64,000 nt of DNA from Eledone cirrhosa (taxonomy: Eukaryota), in NCBI GenBank assembly GCA_964016885.1, contig OZ024740.1:386322001-386386000 (forward strand), in the 5' to 3' direction. The translations under genes and the position numbers were made by a program. Every line of letters begins with the position of its first letter. Positions within the stretch are counted from its first letter, which is position 1. Below are positions 1-14,280 of the stretch, piece by piece. The notes under the pieces are model-generated. The model saw only the letters and a program-made list of their open reading frames with translations, was not told the origin of the DNA and searched no databases.

Positions 1-1651
1 GGTATGACACCTTCTAGTATTACCTGGTTAACAATACGTGTGGTTATAGTGTGACCTACAGACCCAGATGCCTTCAGCATCTCGGCAGCTATATCCGATG
101 GACCGGTTGCTTTCCCCATCTTCATATCTTTGATTGCCTTACTTACTACGCTGCTGCTGACTTGTACTGCTGGCCCCTCTATAGGGTCTACTTGGGGTAG
201 AGTCTCTTCTTCCAATGCATTCTCCTCATTTAGTAATCTATCATAATGGCTCTTCCATGCATCTTTCTTCTCAGCACTTGTGAGGGCAATCTCACCTTTA
301 TCATTCCGGATACACTTCTCTCCAATGACATCACAATTCTCTCTGACACACTGCCTCGCAATCTTGAACACCTGTTTCTGGTCCTCACATTGCAAAACAT
401 GCTTGAATTTTCTATCCTCTGCTTCCTTCCTAGCTAAGTATACTTGTCGTCTAGCTTCCCTCTTGGTCTCTCTGTAATGTACCCTGCTTCCTCCGTTCTT
501 CCATTCTTTCCATGCCTGTCTCTTGGCCTTGACTGCTTCATCTACCTTATTGTTCCGCCACCAAGTCACTCTCCTCCTGCTTGAGGTCTTACTCCAGCCA
601 CAGATCTCATCCGCCGCCTCTAGTAAGTTATTTTTTAGGAACTCCCAGTGCTCTTCTACATTGAATGTCTCTATCTGTTCTTTGTCGTAGGCATTGAGTA
701 AAATATCTTTAAATCTGTTACTGGCTGAGGGGTCTTTCAGCTTCCAGATCTTTCTTCTCCAGGTTGGCCCCTGTTTCCAGGTTCGTCTAGTTCTGACCGT
801 GAGGTCGCTGACAACTAAGCTATGTTGGGAGGTACATTCCTCACTAGGAAAGGCTTTTGTGTTTACGACCGTCCATCTGTCACGTCCCCTGGTGAGGATA
901 AAATCTATCTGACTAGAATGCTCCCCTGATCTATAGGTGATCAGGTGGTTGTCGGGTTTTTTTAAGTTTGTGTTACATATCGACATGTCATTGGCGTCGC
1001 AGAATTCTAGAAGTCTGAATCCTTCTTCATTTCTTGTGCTAACCCCATGGCCTCCATGGACTCTATTGAAGCCATCAGTGTTTACCTACGTGTCCATTAA
1101 AATTTCCTGCAATGATTAGGAAGTCATTGTCGTTTGTTAGAGCAGTAGTGTGCATTAGGGACTCGTAAAACCTATCCTTAAGTTCGTCTGGCAACCCCGA
1201 TTGGGGTGCGTAAGCTGATATTATTGTGGTAATTGTTTTATTTAGGACTAGTCTGAGTTTAATGATTCTTGCATTTACCCTGTTCACTGAGATTACTTTA
1301 TCTACCCACTTATCAGCTAGTAGAATACCTACAACCCCCATCCCATCGTCATTTCCCACCCAGAAAAATTTGTAGCACTGACTTTTTCCTACAAGGACTC
1401 TAGCAGACTCCTCTCCATCTGGTCTCTTGCACACAGCATACATCAATTTCCTTTCGCTCTAGCATCTCTGCGATTTCTCCTGCTCTTCCTTTCATTGTGC
1501 TTACATTGATGGTACCAACTCGGAGTTTTGGGCATTTGTCAACATTTGTGGGTAAGGGTCGATTTTTGCAGGGGTGTGCGTGTGCTTCCTGTCTCAGAAT
1601 TGAAGCTTCACATGGGTGCTTGGTAGCTCGCGGATTCATATTCATTTTCAT
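1..1651 (-). mobile_element. RTE-type LINE, 5' part (AP endonuclease, linker, start of RT); frameshifted and runs off the window
   Basis: ORFs 1400-1651 and 1075-1446 give LRVGTINVSTMKG, CCVQETRWRG, SAYAPQSG and IAGNFNGHVG (APE motifs). LINE-like coding continues to base 1. Confidence 0.9.
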
Positions 1652-1898
1652 TTATTAATTCAAGGTTGCTCCATTTATTCTCAGCTCATCCATACATAAT
1701 GATAGGAAAATTCAGGGCTATAAGAACAGTGGTGGTGGTAATAATGGCAGGGTGTGTTGGGCTGGGACGGGGGAGGAGAGAGGTAGGTAGTAGTAGAGAT
1801 GGAAGGGTTTGTTGGGGTTGGTAGTGGGTGAGGGGGGGGGGGGGATGCTGAGGTTTGATTGGTCAAATAGGCTATGGTGGTGGGAGGGAAATTGTGAG

Positions 1899-2546
1899 GT
1901 AGGTAGCCAAATCATGGCCTGTAGCATCTCATGGCAAAATAGACGGATAGGAGTAGATGACTTTGAAGAGAAAGCGAACTGATAAATAAAACAACACTAT
2001 AATAGTGTAAGAGAGAGGAGGAGAGTAGATGACTTCGTAGAGAGGCAGCATGGTAGAGAAAATGAGGGTAAAAATAAATGTGTTGTGGAAGCTAGTGAAG
2101 TGATAAATACAGCAATAATTGTGTGAGTGGAACATTTGCAATTGGGGAAATACCTGGAAGATTTGTATGGATGGATGGCTGGAACGTGGTTAAGCAGCTC
2201 TAGTGATTCATTTTAGCCTTTCAGAGTCAAGTGTATCTTATCTCTTCAAGAACTTCAAGATGAATGAGGAAGGAATGGGTGAGAGGGAAAGGGAGGTAAT
2301 AGGTGGCTTAGAGATAGATAGAGAGAGAGATATATATATATAGGGAGAGGGTTGCCATCATGGCAAAATAAACCGATAGGTGTAAATACAACACTAATAA
2401 TAGAGTAAGAGAGAGGAAGAGAGTAGATGACTTTGTAGGTAGCCAAATCATGGCCTGTAGCATCTCATGGCAAAATAGACGGATAGGAGTAGATGACTTT
2501 GAAGAGAAAGCGAACTGATAAATAAAACAACACTAATAATAGTGTA
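1899..2546. repeat. ~110-bp direct duplication upstream of the LINE ORF
   Basis: gtaggtagccaaatcatggcctgtagc...aatagtgta occurs at 1899-2009 and 2435-2546, nearly identical. Confidence 0.8.
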
Positions 2547-2579
2547 TAATAGCAGATAAAACAGCTGCAATAATAATAA

Positions 2580-2772
2580 TAATTGTTTATACTTTTGGCA
2601 CAAGGCCAGCAACTACCCCAGTGCAATACTGGTGCTTTATTTTATCGACTCCGTAAGGATGGAAGGCAAAGCTAACCTTGGTGGAATTTGAACTCAGAAT
2701 ATAAAGAGCCGTAACTACATGCCACAAAGTATGGTGTCCAACGTTCTACCGATACTGACAATCTACTGCCTT
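2580..2772 (-). mobile_element. tRNA-derived SINE family A (Meta-domain-like body)
   Basis: Diverged reverse-complement copy of the element at 5966-6146. Confidence 0.8.
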
Positions 2773-3267
2773 CAGTGAAGGTGAAACTAAAATCTATAAA
2801 AGACAAAACAATATTACAAATAAGCAATATTGAACCACCCAATAGGTGTTTGAAATAAACTTAAGCACACACACTAAATAACTGATTTCAACAAAAAAAG
2901 TACTTTCTATAAGGATGTTCAAATGTTAACAACTAAAAAAGTTACAATACAAGAAGTAACAACATTTAAGACTGTAGTTTCATTCATTTTGCCCATAAAT
3001 ATTTCATAAGCAGGTGAATCTGGTGCTATAAATAAATCCTGCCAAAGATTTAGCAGAAAATGTCTAAAAATAAGTTTCTTAACTCAAATGTTTATAGTAG
3101 TGTTACTTGTGAGCAGATCTTTGTGAAAATTTGCAGTGTTAGATAGTGCAGAGACTTTAATTTTTCATGTGATGCAATCATAATGCTGTTTTGTACTTTT
3201 CAAGAATGCCATGCTAATTTAGTTACATGCGACACAGGATATTAAAAGTTAAATATGATCGGCTTAC

Positions 3268-3360
3268 CTATGGAACATTTGTAAGTGAGAAGCAAGCTCC
3301 TGGCCCACCAGAGTACACGATTATGTGAGAACATAAGCAAGATGTATTCCCCCAACCCAT
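3268..3360 (-). other. Candidate 93-nt exon, unassigned
   Basis: tttcag acceptor and AG|gtaagc donor. One fully open phase 1-1 frame (GLGEYILLMFSHNRVLWWARSLLLTYKCSI). No homolog recognised. Confidence 0.3.
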
Positions 3361-3507
3361 CTGAAAGTCAGTAGCTCCACTTGAGTACAGACTCAGTTTA
3401 TAACAACCTATTCAACTCTTGCTAGCAGAGAAAAGACATTTTTATTTATTTCCATATTAATATGCGTTGGATCAATTTTGTAAATTTAGACATTTGGATA
3501 CCTATAA

Positions 3508-3712
3508 CCCTTTAGCATTTACATTACTTTATATTTACTATTGTATTTGCACAGTAAAGGCTTTAACTCACATAATTATCTCATATCACATCTATGAGAT
3601 TTTGATATTTATTTTGAGAACAATACGTTAACATCAGTATGAGAGACTGGTTACAGCCAATTTGAACAGGAAAAGGTGAAAGAATTCTGGCTGGATTTGG
3701 CCAGTTTAAAGC
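3508..3712 (+). mobile_element. TTAA/piggyBac-like MITE, partial copy
   Basis: Starts ccctttagcattta and aligns with the full copy at 14932-15151. Confidence 0.75.
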
Positions 3713-3889
3713 AACTGATTTCACCAGTAACCTCTCTATTGTGACACGGGAATGGAATCTGAGCTTTCAGTACATCATTATGTCAAGAAGTACAACAATA
3801 ATCTTAGTAAAGTTTGAACTCATGTCCATATAAGTCAGTAATAGTCTAACACCGAAACCTCACAGACAAACATATATCAGAAACATAAT

Positions 3890-4066
3890 AATTGTTTCTA
3901 CTTTTGGCACAAGGCCAGCAATTACCCAGTACATTACTAGTACTTTATTTTATCGACCCCGCAAGGTTGAAAGGCCAAGTTAACCTCGGCGGGATTTGAA
4001 CTCAGATCATAAACGGACGTAACTCTATGCTTCAAAGCATGGCGTCTGACTCTACCGATACTGCCA
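3890..4066 (-). mobile_element. SINE family A
   Basis: Reverse complement of the family consensus; flanking direct repeat aacataataat. Confidence 0.85.
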
Positions 4067-4579
4067 ACATAATAATGTAGCATAACATACAGTCGTTTAT
4101 AACAAAATAATGTTTTGTTTTGTTTTGTTCTTCTAAAGAGAACCTGTCTGATTAAATAGATTTGTTGGAGACTGAAAGATGCCAATTCAACCAAGTGGTA
4201 AATATACTGAATAAATTTGATGAGTGTATAAAATAGACACCACACTTACTACTCCCGCTCTCTCTGCAACAGTGTCAACTGAAGACTAGAAGTAAGCTTA
4301 GTTATTCTGTATAACTAACAGGCCAATTCCACAGAGATTCATCATGAATAATCTTGTTTTAAATATTTTTTTAGTTACATTTAAACTGGATGAAAGTATA
4401 AGAGCAGACTAGATTTTAAAACATTTTACTGTTCAGTGGTTACATGATATAAAGCATTGGCAGTTGAATATATGTGATGATGTGATAGTGGTGGTGGTGG
4501 TGGTGGTGATGATGATGATGAGGAAGGGGAGGATAGATCCTCCATCAGTTTTGATGATGAACATTCAATTGTTCAATCA

Positions 4580-4803
4580 ACTTCAAAACCTCCATGCTTC
4601 CCGAAATTCACCAACACTACACCTGATATTTTGCCTCCATACACATGCACACATGTACATATGTATCTGTTTGTATATCATAGATCATACACTGTTCACT
4701 TTCCTGACAATTGTACATTATTCTATGTACTACACATGCACCTTTGATGAGTTGTGCACCTTAGCAGCGTACACAATAATTTTATTATTTTTCATTATTA
4801 TTA
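4580..4803 (+). repeat. Interspersed repeat with (ATT)n tail, probably a retroelement 3' end
   Basis: Homologous to 21870-22080 (catgcttcccgaaattc...ccatacacatgcacac...ttcattatta). Confidence 0.65.
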
Positions 4804-5965
4804 ACATGCAAGTGGCTGAATATTCCACAAACACACATACACTAACGTAATTATCAGGCAGAATCAGCATTACACAACTTGCAACAAGGTTGAACCTTTG
4901 AATTGCATGTGCAATCCATCCACCCGATTTCACTTGATCAATGTAACCAAAGGGTAAGATAAAGACACTTGCTCAAGATACCATGCAGTTGGACCAAACC
5001 TGTGACCTCATGATTGCGATGTGAACTTCTTACACACTCAACCATGCCTATATCCACTATGTGTTATACACAAAATGCAAGACAAGTATAAAGAGAATGG
5101 AAATATTTACCATTAGTTCATTGGACCAAAACAGGAAAAAAAAAAGCAAGTGTGTAAGTCTGACATTGAAAACATCTGCATCATATACACAACTTCTACA
5201 ATACCAACATAAAAGTCAATATTGTTCCCATCCAACTTGGACAAACTATTCAAATTAAAATAGCTGCAACATCAATTGTCTCTCTGGGTTACTAGTTCTT
5301 TTGAAATAAATCTTTAGAGACTGCAGTAATTCCACATTGGCTATTTTGCTTGTTTCCAATTCATTCATATTCAAAATATCTCGCATTCAATAGCATACAG
5401 GACAGCAAACTGAACTAAAGAGGGCCCCAGCTCAATGCCAAACTGTAATCTACTTGACAAACCCTATGTTATCTGATGTCTACTCTTTCATGCAATAGTT
5501 AACACCTTAATTCTTAACCTCCTGTATCACATTAGCCAGACATTCTTGAAAAGTACAAAACAGTATTATGGCTACATCACATTAAAAATTGAAGTCCTTA
5601 CATTAGTTTACTGCAGATAGTTTCTGCTAAATCATTACAAGATGACCATAAAAGACTGGTTGCCAAGCCTATATAGTGTAGAATAACACAAATGTTTTTT
5701 AACTTATGCCTACATGGCTTGCACATATTTCCATAAAACATACATATAGCTTCAACTGATAGTGTAGCAACTTCATTTCATTTTGTTAAAACATTTTTAG
5801 CTCAAACTTTTTAATTCCAAATTGGATAACTCTTACTACTTCCTTTCGTTATCGTTCCAACACCCATAAATGGAAGTAGATACAAGTCATGAAGAAATGC
5901 TCTGACTAACCATCAAACTACAACAGATATTGTATTATATTTCATTATCATTATTTTTATATGTG

Positions 5966-6146
5966 GGGGATTGGCAGTATCAGTAGAGGGTCGGACGCCA
6001 TGCTTTCCAGCATAGTTACGTCCCTTTACGATCTGAGTTCAAATCCCGCCGAGGTTGACTTTGCCTTTCATCCTTACGGGGGTCGATAAAATAAAGTACC
6101 AGTAATGTACTGGGTAATTGCTGGCCTTGTGCCTAAAGTAGAAACA
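5966..6146 (+). mobile_element. SINE family A with 16-bp TSD
   Basis: B-box gagttcaaatcc; body ttgcctttcatcc...gtcgataaaataaagtaccag; TSD attatttttatatgtg at 5950-5965 and 6147-6162. Confidence 0.9.
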
Positions 6147-6189
6147 ATTATTTTTATATGTGAATAAAGATATTCAAAGTCATCCTGGA

Positions 6190-7950
6190 TATCAGTGCTG
6201 TATCGGTGGAAATACCAAAAGTCTGGACATCCTCACTAGAGGTTGGGTTTTTTAGGGTAGGATCCCAATTTAGCCTTAGAAATATGGCAGCTGACCAAAC
6301 AAAGTATGACTACACAGTAACCTCTTTAGATGTCAAAATGGCAGAAGTACAAGTAATCCTTCTAAACCCACCGGCAGCTGATAAATACGAAACCCTTAAA
6401 AAGGCACTTTTATAAGCTTTCAGGAAGTCATTCACAGATAAGGCATAGAAAGCCAACAGCACTATTGAGGAGAATAAATGCACTCAACGATGATCCTAAG
6501 ACACTGAAAACAGTACTTTTTCTTGCCAAGCTTCCTCTGGGCATCAGAAATTTCGGCTGGTCAGGAATATGAGGAAAAACTTGCTGAATCTGCTGATAGG
6601 ATTTGGGAATTGAAGGGTATTTCTGCTCCTTTGCACACCATTTATAATACTTCTACTACTACTACTACTACATCTGCTCAATCTCCAATCCACAATCAGT
6701 TTCAGGGAATGCCTTTTTGAAATAAAAAAAATTCCATTTGTTACTACCATGAGAAGTTTAGGACCAAGGCATGTCATGGTTAGCCAGAAGGTAAATTCTT
6801 ATCTCTTCTGAAAAATCAGGGAAACAGAAATGCCAGTCGCTAAGCATGGCAGCCAACTCACCTCATGATTGTTACTCTCTACTACACATTCAAGACTTCA
6901 TAGTTACCTGACTGGATGTAATATTTTCTAAAAAATTGATTTAGTGGTTAGAGCATTGGGCTTGCAATCGAAAGGTTGTGAGTTCAATCTCAGACTGGGG
7001 TGATGTGTTGTTTCCTTGATCAAGACACTTTATTTCACATTGCTCCAGTTTACTCAGCTGTAGAAATGAGATGATAGGGACTGGGGTCCATATCATTCCA
7101 CTGCAAAGTGGTCGTGGAGGTGCCACGGCAAAAAAGCACCCAGCACTCACTGTAAATGCGGTTGGTGTTAGGAAGGGCATCCAGCTGTAGAAATCAAGCC
7201 AGAATCAGTTCCCGTATGAGCAAGAGAAGGTCAGCTGACCGGACACTGCCCACAACAGGACAACCCGTCTAACCCATGCTAGTGTGGAAGAACGGACGTA
7301 AAACGGTGATGATGATGATGATGATGATGATACTACCAAATATCAATGGCAACGGAATCAATCCCTAAAACAGCAGTCATTATTCCATTTGGATTGTGTG
7401 AATTTTACGGATGCCTTTTGGTTTGAAAAATGCTGCACAATTTTCCAAAAGACTCATGGATAGTATACTTCATGATATTCCTTTAGCATTTGTGTATATT
7501 GATGATGCTTTAATTGCATCTCCTTCAGACAGTGAACATTTTGATCATCACAAAGAACTTTTCCTTATTTTATCAACAATATAAATGTGTTTTCGGAGTA
7601 AAACATCTTGAATTCTTAGGTCATCTCATCACAGATCAAAGCATTCAACTTCTTCCTTCATGTGTTACTTCACTTTGTGAATATCCCACACCAGATTCTC
7701 ACACTGTACTACAAGGTTTCTTGGAAATGGTTAATTTTTATCATAAATCCTGCCCGGCATTGCAGAAATACTTGCTCCACTACATCAACAAGCTCATGGC
7801 AAGGGACAGAAAATAGAATGGTCATCAGATTATCAAGAAGCATTTGATATTGTCAAGAATTTACTGAGAAAAACTCCACTTCTGCATCATCCTTTTCCAG
7901 ACTAGTTTTACTGTTGATGATTCAAACACGGCTATTGCGGCATTGAGTTG
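6190..7950 (+). mobile_element. Decayed gypsy/Ty3 internal remnant (gag and RT), interrupted by a SINE
   Basis: gag-like ILLNPPAADKYETLKKALL. RT motifs MPFGLKNAAQ (~7410), FVYIDD (~7490) and LEFLGH. Confidence 0.85.
6941..7331 (+). mobile_element. tRNA-derived SINE family B with (GAT)n tail
   Basis: A/B-box head, cttgatcaagacactttatttc body, gatgatgat tail. Near-identical to the copies at 14281 and 29277. Confidence 0.9.
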
Positions 7951-8039
7951 ACCTGAAGCTATACACTGAAGCAATAATATTCAAACTGAGAAAGAACACA
8001 TGGACATTTAAGAGGCAGTTGCAGCAATAAATTCTAGTC

Positions 8040-8585
8040 ATCACAATCCCTATCTCTATATTTACAACAACCCAATCCCTTAAACAGCACAATGCATATA
8101 AACAGGGCCAAATTAAGCTCTTTTCAGGCTCATGGTCTACCTCTGGGTCTCCTGCTAGTTGGTTTTGCCTGTAAAACATGTCCAGCAATTCTTTCCTTAG
8201 ACTTTCTAACCATAGGTTTGTAGTATCAGAACTGTAATTTCTTGATTCAGAGAAGTAGCAACTTCCTGACCTCTGAGTTATGCACCCTTTTGAGTAATGT
8301 TACTCCAAAGACCCTTTGGAGTAACTCCATTTCAGCCACTTGTATTTGTGATCATATTCTGTTGGTCATTACCCAAGATTCACAACCATAGATAAGGGTA
8401 ATCATGATCACTGAATTGAAGATAGCAAGTTTGTTTTTTTACGCCTACCACCCTTCTGATGACCAAGTGCAGAAGTTGGTGCATTACTACACCAGCTCCT
8501 GCAATTCTTGCATTTAATTCATCCTCCTGCCCTCCTCCACTCATGAAAACGGCCCAAGATACTTGAACTTCACCTGCTTCACTTA
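8040..8585 (-). mobile_element. RTE LINE 3' fragment, decayed
   Basis: Aligns with 32000-32480 (gagtaatgttactccaaagaccct, cattacccaagattca). Confidence 0.75.
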
Positions 8586-11449
8586 AAATATTTTAAATAT
8601 AAAAATATTAAAACTTTGTACATATTTTCTCCACTCATGAGAATTTCAAAACTGCACCATGTTGTTTAGCTGCCTCAGCTTATACACGGGGTTTGGATTT
8701 TTAGCCATTTCTAAGACATAAAATAGCGGGGTGGGGGTCAGCTTATATTCGAGTATATACCATAAGTACCTGTCCAGAGCAGATGATTGGCAGAATTGTT
8801 AGAGCACTAGATGGGATGGTTTGAAGTATCTCTTCCAGTTCTGTCCATTTTTATTTTTTTTAAATGTGCTAACATGATAGGACTGAAGCACCAATCATTA
8901 GAAATAAACTATTGGGTGCAATACCATAGGAGGCCAGCTAAATCTACACATGTGGGAGCTGTAATGATAATAGATATGTTTGAACAGAGCTGATTTGATT
9001 TGAAACAACAATATTATTATTGATTATCTAAAAAAATTACCAAATATGACAGTTTTACTGGATGACTTTATATAATTTCTTTAATGTAAAGAAACTTACC
9101 CTTCACAGATATAGATTCAAGTTAGATAAAGCAAGTTTCTGCAAGTAATCTTAACTACAGACAACACTTGACTGTGGTAGCCTAGTTAAGTTGGTAACCA
9201 ATCCATCATTACATTATTATGCCACATTGTCTTTGCCTATGTAGCAATTTACAATGATATTGTTACATTAGTCAGGGTAACACTTTTTTGAACTACTGAA
9301 TATATTAAGTAGCTTAATACCCACATATTCTGATAGTTTCAACATCTCAGTAACCACACTGCATCCAAAGAAAAGCCATTTGTCTGACTCCACTCGGCAT
9401 TCCTGACTCACTCATCTCTCCTGCTTGTCACCCACATTATATCCACCACCACTACCCCAAGCTCCACACTAACTACTTCCTCTCCAGAATGTAGTCCCAT
9501 TGTAATTCTCACTCTGCATCCACTAAAAAAAGAATTTTTTAAACTATCCTCCAAACGATTTAGTGTTGTATTCTTTCATGTCTGTAATTCTTCCTTCATG
9601 TACTTGAAATAACTTAAGTTGACAAGAGAGTCTATGTGGTGTTTTGATCTGCTAGAAATGGCAAATAAATTTCCCCCAAATTATACCTTACTACTTTAAA
9701 AAAGAGAAGGACACATTGAATAATGTAGTCCTAAATGGACTATATCTGGAAAAAAGTTGATCAAGACTGAAATGCCTTTGATCATAGGTCTACTTGTTCA
9801 AAACTGAACTGGAGAAAAACAACCACCTCTCATACTGAACATGCTATGCCACTTTCATTGAAAGTAACCATGAGGTGCATTTTAGATACACTTTCCAATG
9901 ATATCTTGGATCATATGAGCACAGTACCTTGCAACCTTAAAGAATTGATCAAATTATATAGGAATTACTCAATTAATTACAACTACAGATTAGAGACCTT
10001 GCCCTAGTATGAGAAATCTGTCTAGTGATTTTTGTATAGTCTTATTACTTTCAAGGTCTAAGTTGCCAGTAGTAATCAAAAATCTATCTATAACAAACTA
10101 CCATCTACCTTCACTTTGTTCAACTTAGAAACTACATCCAACCAACCTAACTTTAACCCTGGATACATTTCAACCACAACACACTGAACTCTTTCTTTCT
10201 TTTCCTTGATAAATGGTGTATAGTTTGTAAGACAGAGTTCTACTTTTCTCATGATAACTACATTCATTTAAACTACCACACTTGGATTATTTGTTGCTAA
10301 AGTAGACTCACTGGTTTCCTCCTATTCTGAATTTTACCTTAAAAATAATGAGATCCATATCTATTTTCTTTCATAAGTTTTGTACATTAGTTACTGCCAT
10401 CCATTACAGATACTGTTAGTAGTTGATGATTGAAACATGCTAATAATATATTTATTTCCTCTTCAAAATCAAATACTACTTTAGATACAACTCTTTCATG
10501 CACAAAAAGTAAGCCAGTTAACTAAGCTTCTCTCAGAAATTGTCCTACTAATTCATACATGTTCCTTTCCTCATCACCTATAGAATCAGCTGTCAATTTA
10601 TTTAAAACTACCCAGATATTGTTTCATTCTTAACATTTTGCAGTCAATGCAATCTTTTTTTTCCCCTGTATTTTATTTCCTATGACATGCTATCAAAAGC
10701 GTGGAGTAAGATAGTTTTAATCTAGCCTAAGAGAACTGGAAAAATAAAATACAGAAATAATTGATAAAGAAGCAAGCCAATTAGAAAGAAGATTGTTTTC
10801 AAAAGCCAATTCATGTAAATAAGGAAATAGTTCAAACATAAATCTACACATTGAATGTAGAAACAAAGGCTAATTATATATTGATGGCAAGCTGTGTAAA
10901 GAAAATGATTAGAATTTGTGCATAGAAATATAAAACTACCAATGGTTCAAAATACAGATTTAAAGATTAAATAAACTGGAGATATTTCAGATAATGATTA
11001 TTAAAACAGAGAATAAAAGAGATTGATAATTCAGTTAAAAATGCGTTAAAAAAAGGAAAATGATTTGCAATAAGTAAATAAAATAATTTATTTCAATAGG
11101 TATACTATTTTATTTACTTATTGACCATTACAATGTATTTTTCCTGGTTCCTGATAAATTAAGTCCCTTCAATAAATACTGGGCAATGTCAACAGAGTGA
11201 AACAGGAGAATAACAACTTCCAATATGGTCATTCACCATCATCATTTAAACAGGTGATGATGGTGGTGAATGATCTGGAGTCCTCCAGTGATCAGTGCAG
11301 ATTACGTTGGCCTAGTTTAATGTGAAAGTTAGAAAGAAGGGATTTTAAGACTTTGTGAAAGCGTTTCACCTAGGCAGAAAGAATAGCAGAAGAGAAAGAT
11401 TTATATAGAATGTGCAGAGGTTAACAAACATGGCAACCAGAAGCACAGA

Positions 11450-13570
11450 AGATAACTTTAGGCTTGAAAGAGCCCTGTTGGATAGTGTCCAAAATGAAGT
11501 CAATAGCATACTGATTAAATATGCAACTCAAATATGTATATTAAATTCGTACTAAAACAATTCTTAGAAGAGGTTACAGTAGTGATAATCTACCAGTTAT
11601 GTAGACATTGGAATCAAACACAAGTGGGGAAAAAAAGGCAACAAACTTGAGCTTCCCAATGTAAGTTACCCCAACAGCAGTCGATCACATAATACTTGAG
11701 AAAATCAAGTAAAGTATCCTTGGAGACAGAAAAATATGGTCAGAGGATACTTTACACGATTTTCTCAACTATTATTTATAGTGATTGATTGTTGAGATCA
11801 TTTGCATTGGGATGCACAAGTTTCAAATGTTCCCAATGCTTCTTAAGTCAATATAAAAACATTAAACCAGCCACGTCACTACTCACGAGAATTGTAGTGT
11901 GGATGTGAAGAATAAATTCAATGCACAGGCAATAATGAAAGAACAGAAAGGCACTAGAAAATCATTAAAAATACAACTGGAGCAGCAAAAGTTCATACTA
12001 TAAACAAAAGAAACAGAAAAGATGATTAATAGAGAATCTACCAAATTTCACTCACAAGACTATAATAGAGGACACTTACTGAAGGTTCTATGCCTATACC
12101 TATCACAAGAGAATTCAGGAACTACATAGCAAGAAATATTACTCAATTACAAGGTGCCTTCAATCAAAAGGTAACAGCATAGTGGGAAAAAACAAAATTT
12201 ACAGATTTAAGATACTATGATCATGAATCTTGATGGTTTCTTATTAGAAGACACATCATCATCATCATCTTTTAATGTCCATTTTCCACACTAGCATGGG
12301 CTAGACAGTTACACATGGTTATCTGAAATGCATTTGATAAGAGAAAGTAACAATATTTAATAGCCTAACAATAGAAATATTGACATTGCTAGAAGGATTT
12401 GGATTCAAAATATTAACAAAATGGCTAAGTGCTAATTAATATAGCATTTATAAAAATGAAGAAATTGCCACAGACCCTTTCAAATCAACATTTATACTCC
12501 TAAGAAATCTGAAACTATGGCTGTGAATTGGGTAGAATGCTAACTCTCAAAAGTCATATTACAAAATTTCTCTGGAGAATGATTATACTGAGGATAAAAA
12601 AAAAACAGGATTAAACTTGAAATTTCAAAAAGAAATGATGCAAAGTTTGTTGAGCACCACCAAGGCTATCAACATTTTGAGAACATTCATACAATGAGCA
12701 TTAGAATTAAAAAATGATGTATACTTACAATTTATTGATTATACAAAATTCTTTGACTGAATAAGACATGTCAACTCAAGTCATTAGATATTCAAAGAGA
12801 ATTAATGATAATTAAGAAAAAGTAACAGTAATTAGTAGACAAAAAGCACAAGAGAAATACATAAGGCTTTGTACTATCTCCAGATCTTTGTTCTAATTAG
12901 TAAAAACATACCGAGAACAATTTAAAGTATCCTTGTGACTCAAACTGAGAAAGAAACATTTAACAATCTTCATTATACAGAAGATATTGTCTTGATAACA
13001 GAAAATGTGCAAGATGTACTATCTCTATTGAATACCATGATGAAAGAATAAAAATGAGAGGATGGGTTTATCTCTAAGCAAAGAGGAGACAGTAACAATG
13101 ACCATCTTGTATAGAAAAAAAAACACCACAATGCAAACCGAACTTGAACAATAGCAACTTAAAGTGGGTCCATGAATCCAAATATTTGAAGGTAATAATT
13201 AGTCTAACCCATGCTAGCATGGAAGATAGACGTTAAATGATGATGATGAATTACATAAGATGGACTATGTGAAATAGAGTAGAAAAACTGAATAGGTCAA
13301 TCAAAGTTGATGTTTCAAAATATGAGGGCTACCTTGACTATCCTGTTTACCACTAACACTACATCAACAAGTATCACATATATTTTGTATGAATGTGAAG
13401 TATTTAAATACAAATAGAAATGTTGTTGGTCATCTAAGTATAGTCCTTACAGACAATGATGAGAATGCAGTGAACAAATTAGGGTGTTCTATAAGACTAA
13501 TTAAAATAGAAAACTCTTTATATAAATATGAAAACACCAATTTAATTTCCTTAGACATGTAATGGGGAGA
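11450..13570 (+). mobile_element. Heavily decayed LINE RT region
   Basis: Remnant FIDYTKFFD (~12730) and a YADD-like NLHYTEDIVLI (~12965). Boundaries are approximate. Confidence 0.5.
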
Positions 13571-13822
13571 CATCAGTTGACACCTTTGAGACCAAACCAC
13601 CTGAATATTTCCCCTGGTACTATGATAAAAAGAACTGTATATTTTGAAGTGGTTATTTATTTATATATATATATACCATTTATGTTTTGTTGTCTACCAA
13701 TGGGTAGGACTGGTCATTCCAGTTAGTGAATGATGATGTAATAAATTAAAGCACTCAATGTTATGCAAATCAACCTTCATAGATGTGGTATCCCATGGCT
13801 GGTGCAGGAACAGGGTTAAATA

Positions 13823-14264
13823 GTTATTTAAAAACAACAGAAGGAAACATTCATTAAAGTTTTAATTTTGAGAAAACTCTATACACATCCAATGGACCAG
13901 TTTGATCATCTGATCATCATGCAAGACTTAGGTGGTGGTTTCAACAGGTATTGATTACAAAATTAGTTATATAAGATAACAGGATTACAGCGAACACAAA
14001 CAGAAAATAGATTTGGTTTGGGGATGGCAAACTATCCCCAAATGGTACAAACACATCAATGTGGGATAAAGGGGTTAGGGGCGACAGAAATTATTATGTC
14101 CTCAGAAAATGTCATTCATTAATCACAATCAACACCTTATGAAATTGTATGTCTTGCATCATGATCAGATGATCAAACTGAGCCACTAAAGTATGTATAG
14201 TGTTTTTGCAAAATTAAAACTTTAAAGAATGTTTCCAATCAGGCCTTCTATTTCTTTTAAATAT
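13823..14264. mobile_element. Element with ~110-bp imperfect inverted arms (MITE-like or fold-back)
   Basis: ggaaacattc..aaagttttaattttg..cagtttgatcatctgatcat.atgcaagac at 13840-13930 is mirrored at 14150-14240. Confidence 0.7.
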
Positions 14265-14280
14265 ATATATATATATACAT

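Noticed and set aside
4139-5444. Further plus-strand exon candidates (4160-4197 and 5394-5444)
   Set aside because: Phase-compatible but with weak splice sites and no recognisable protein; not supportable.
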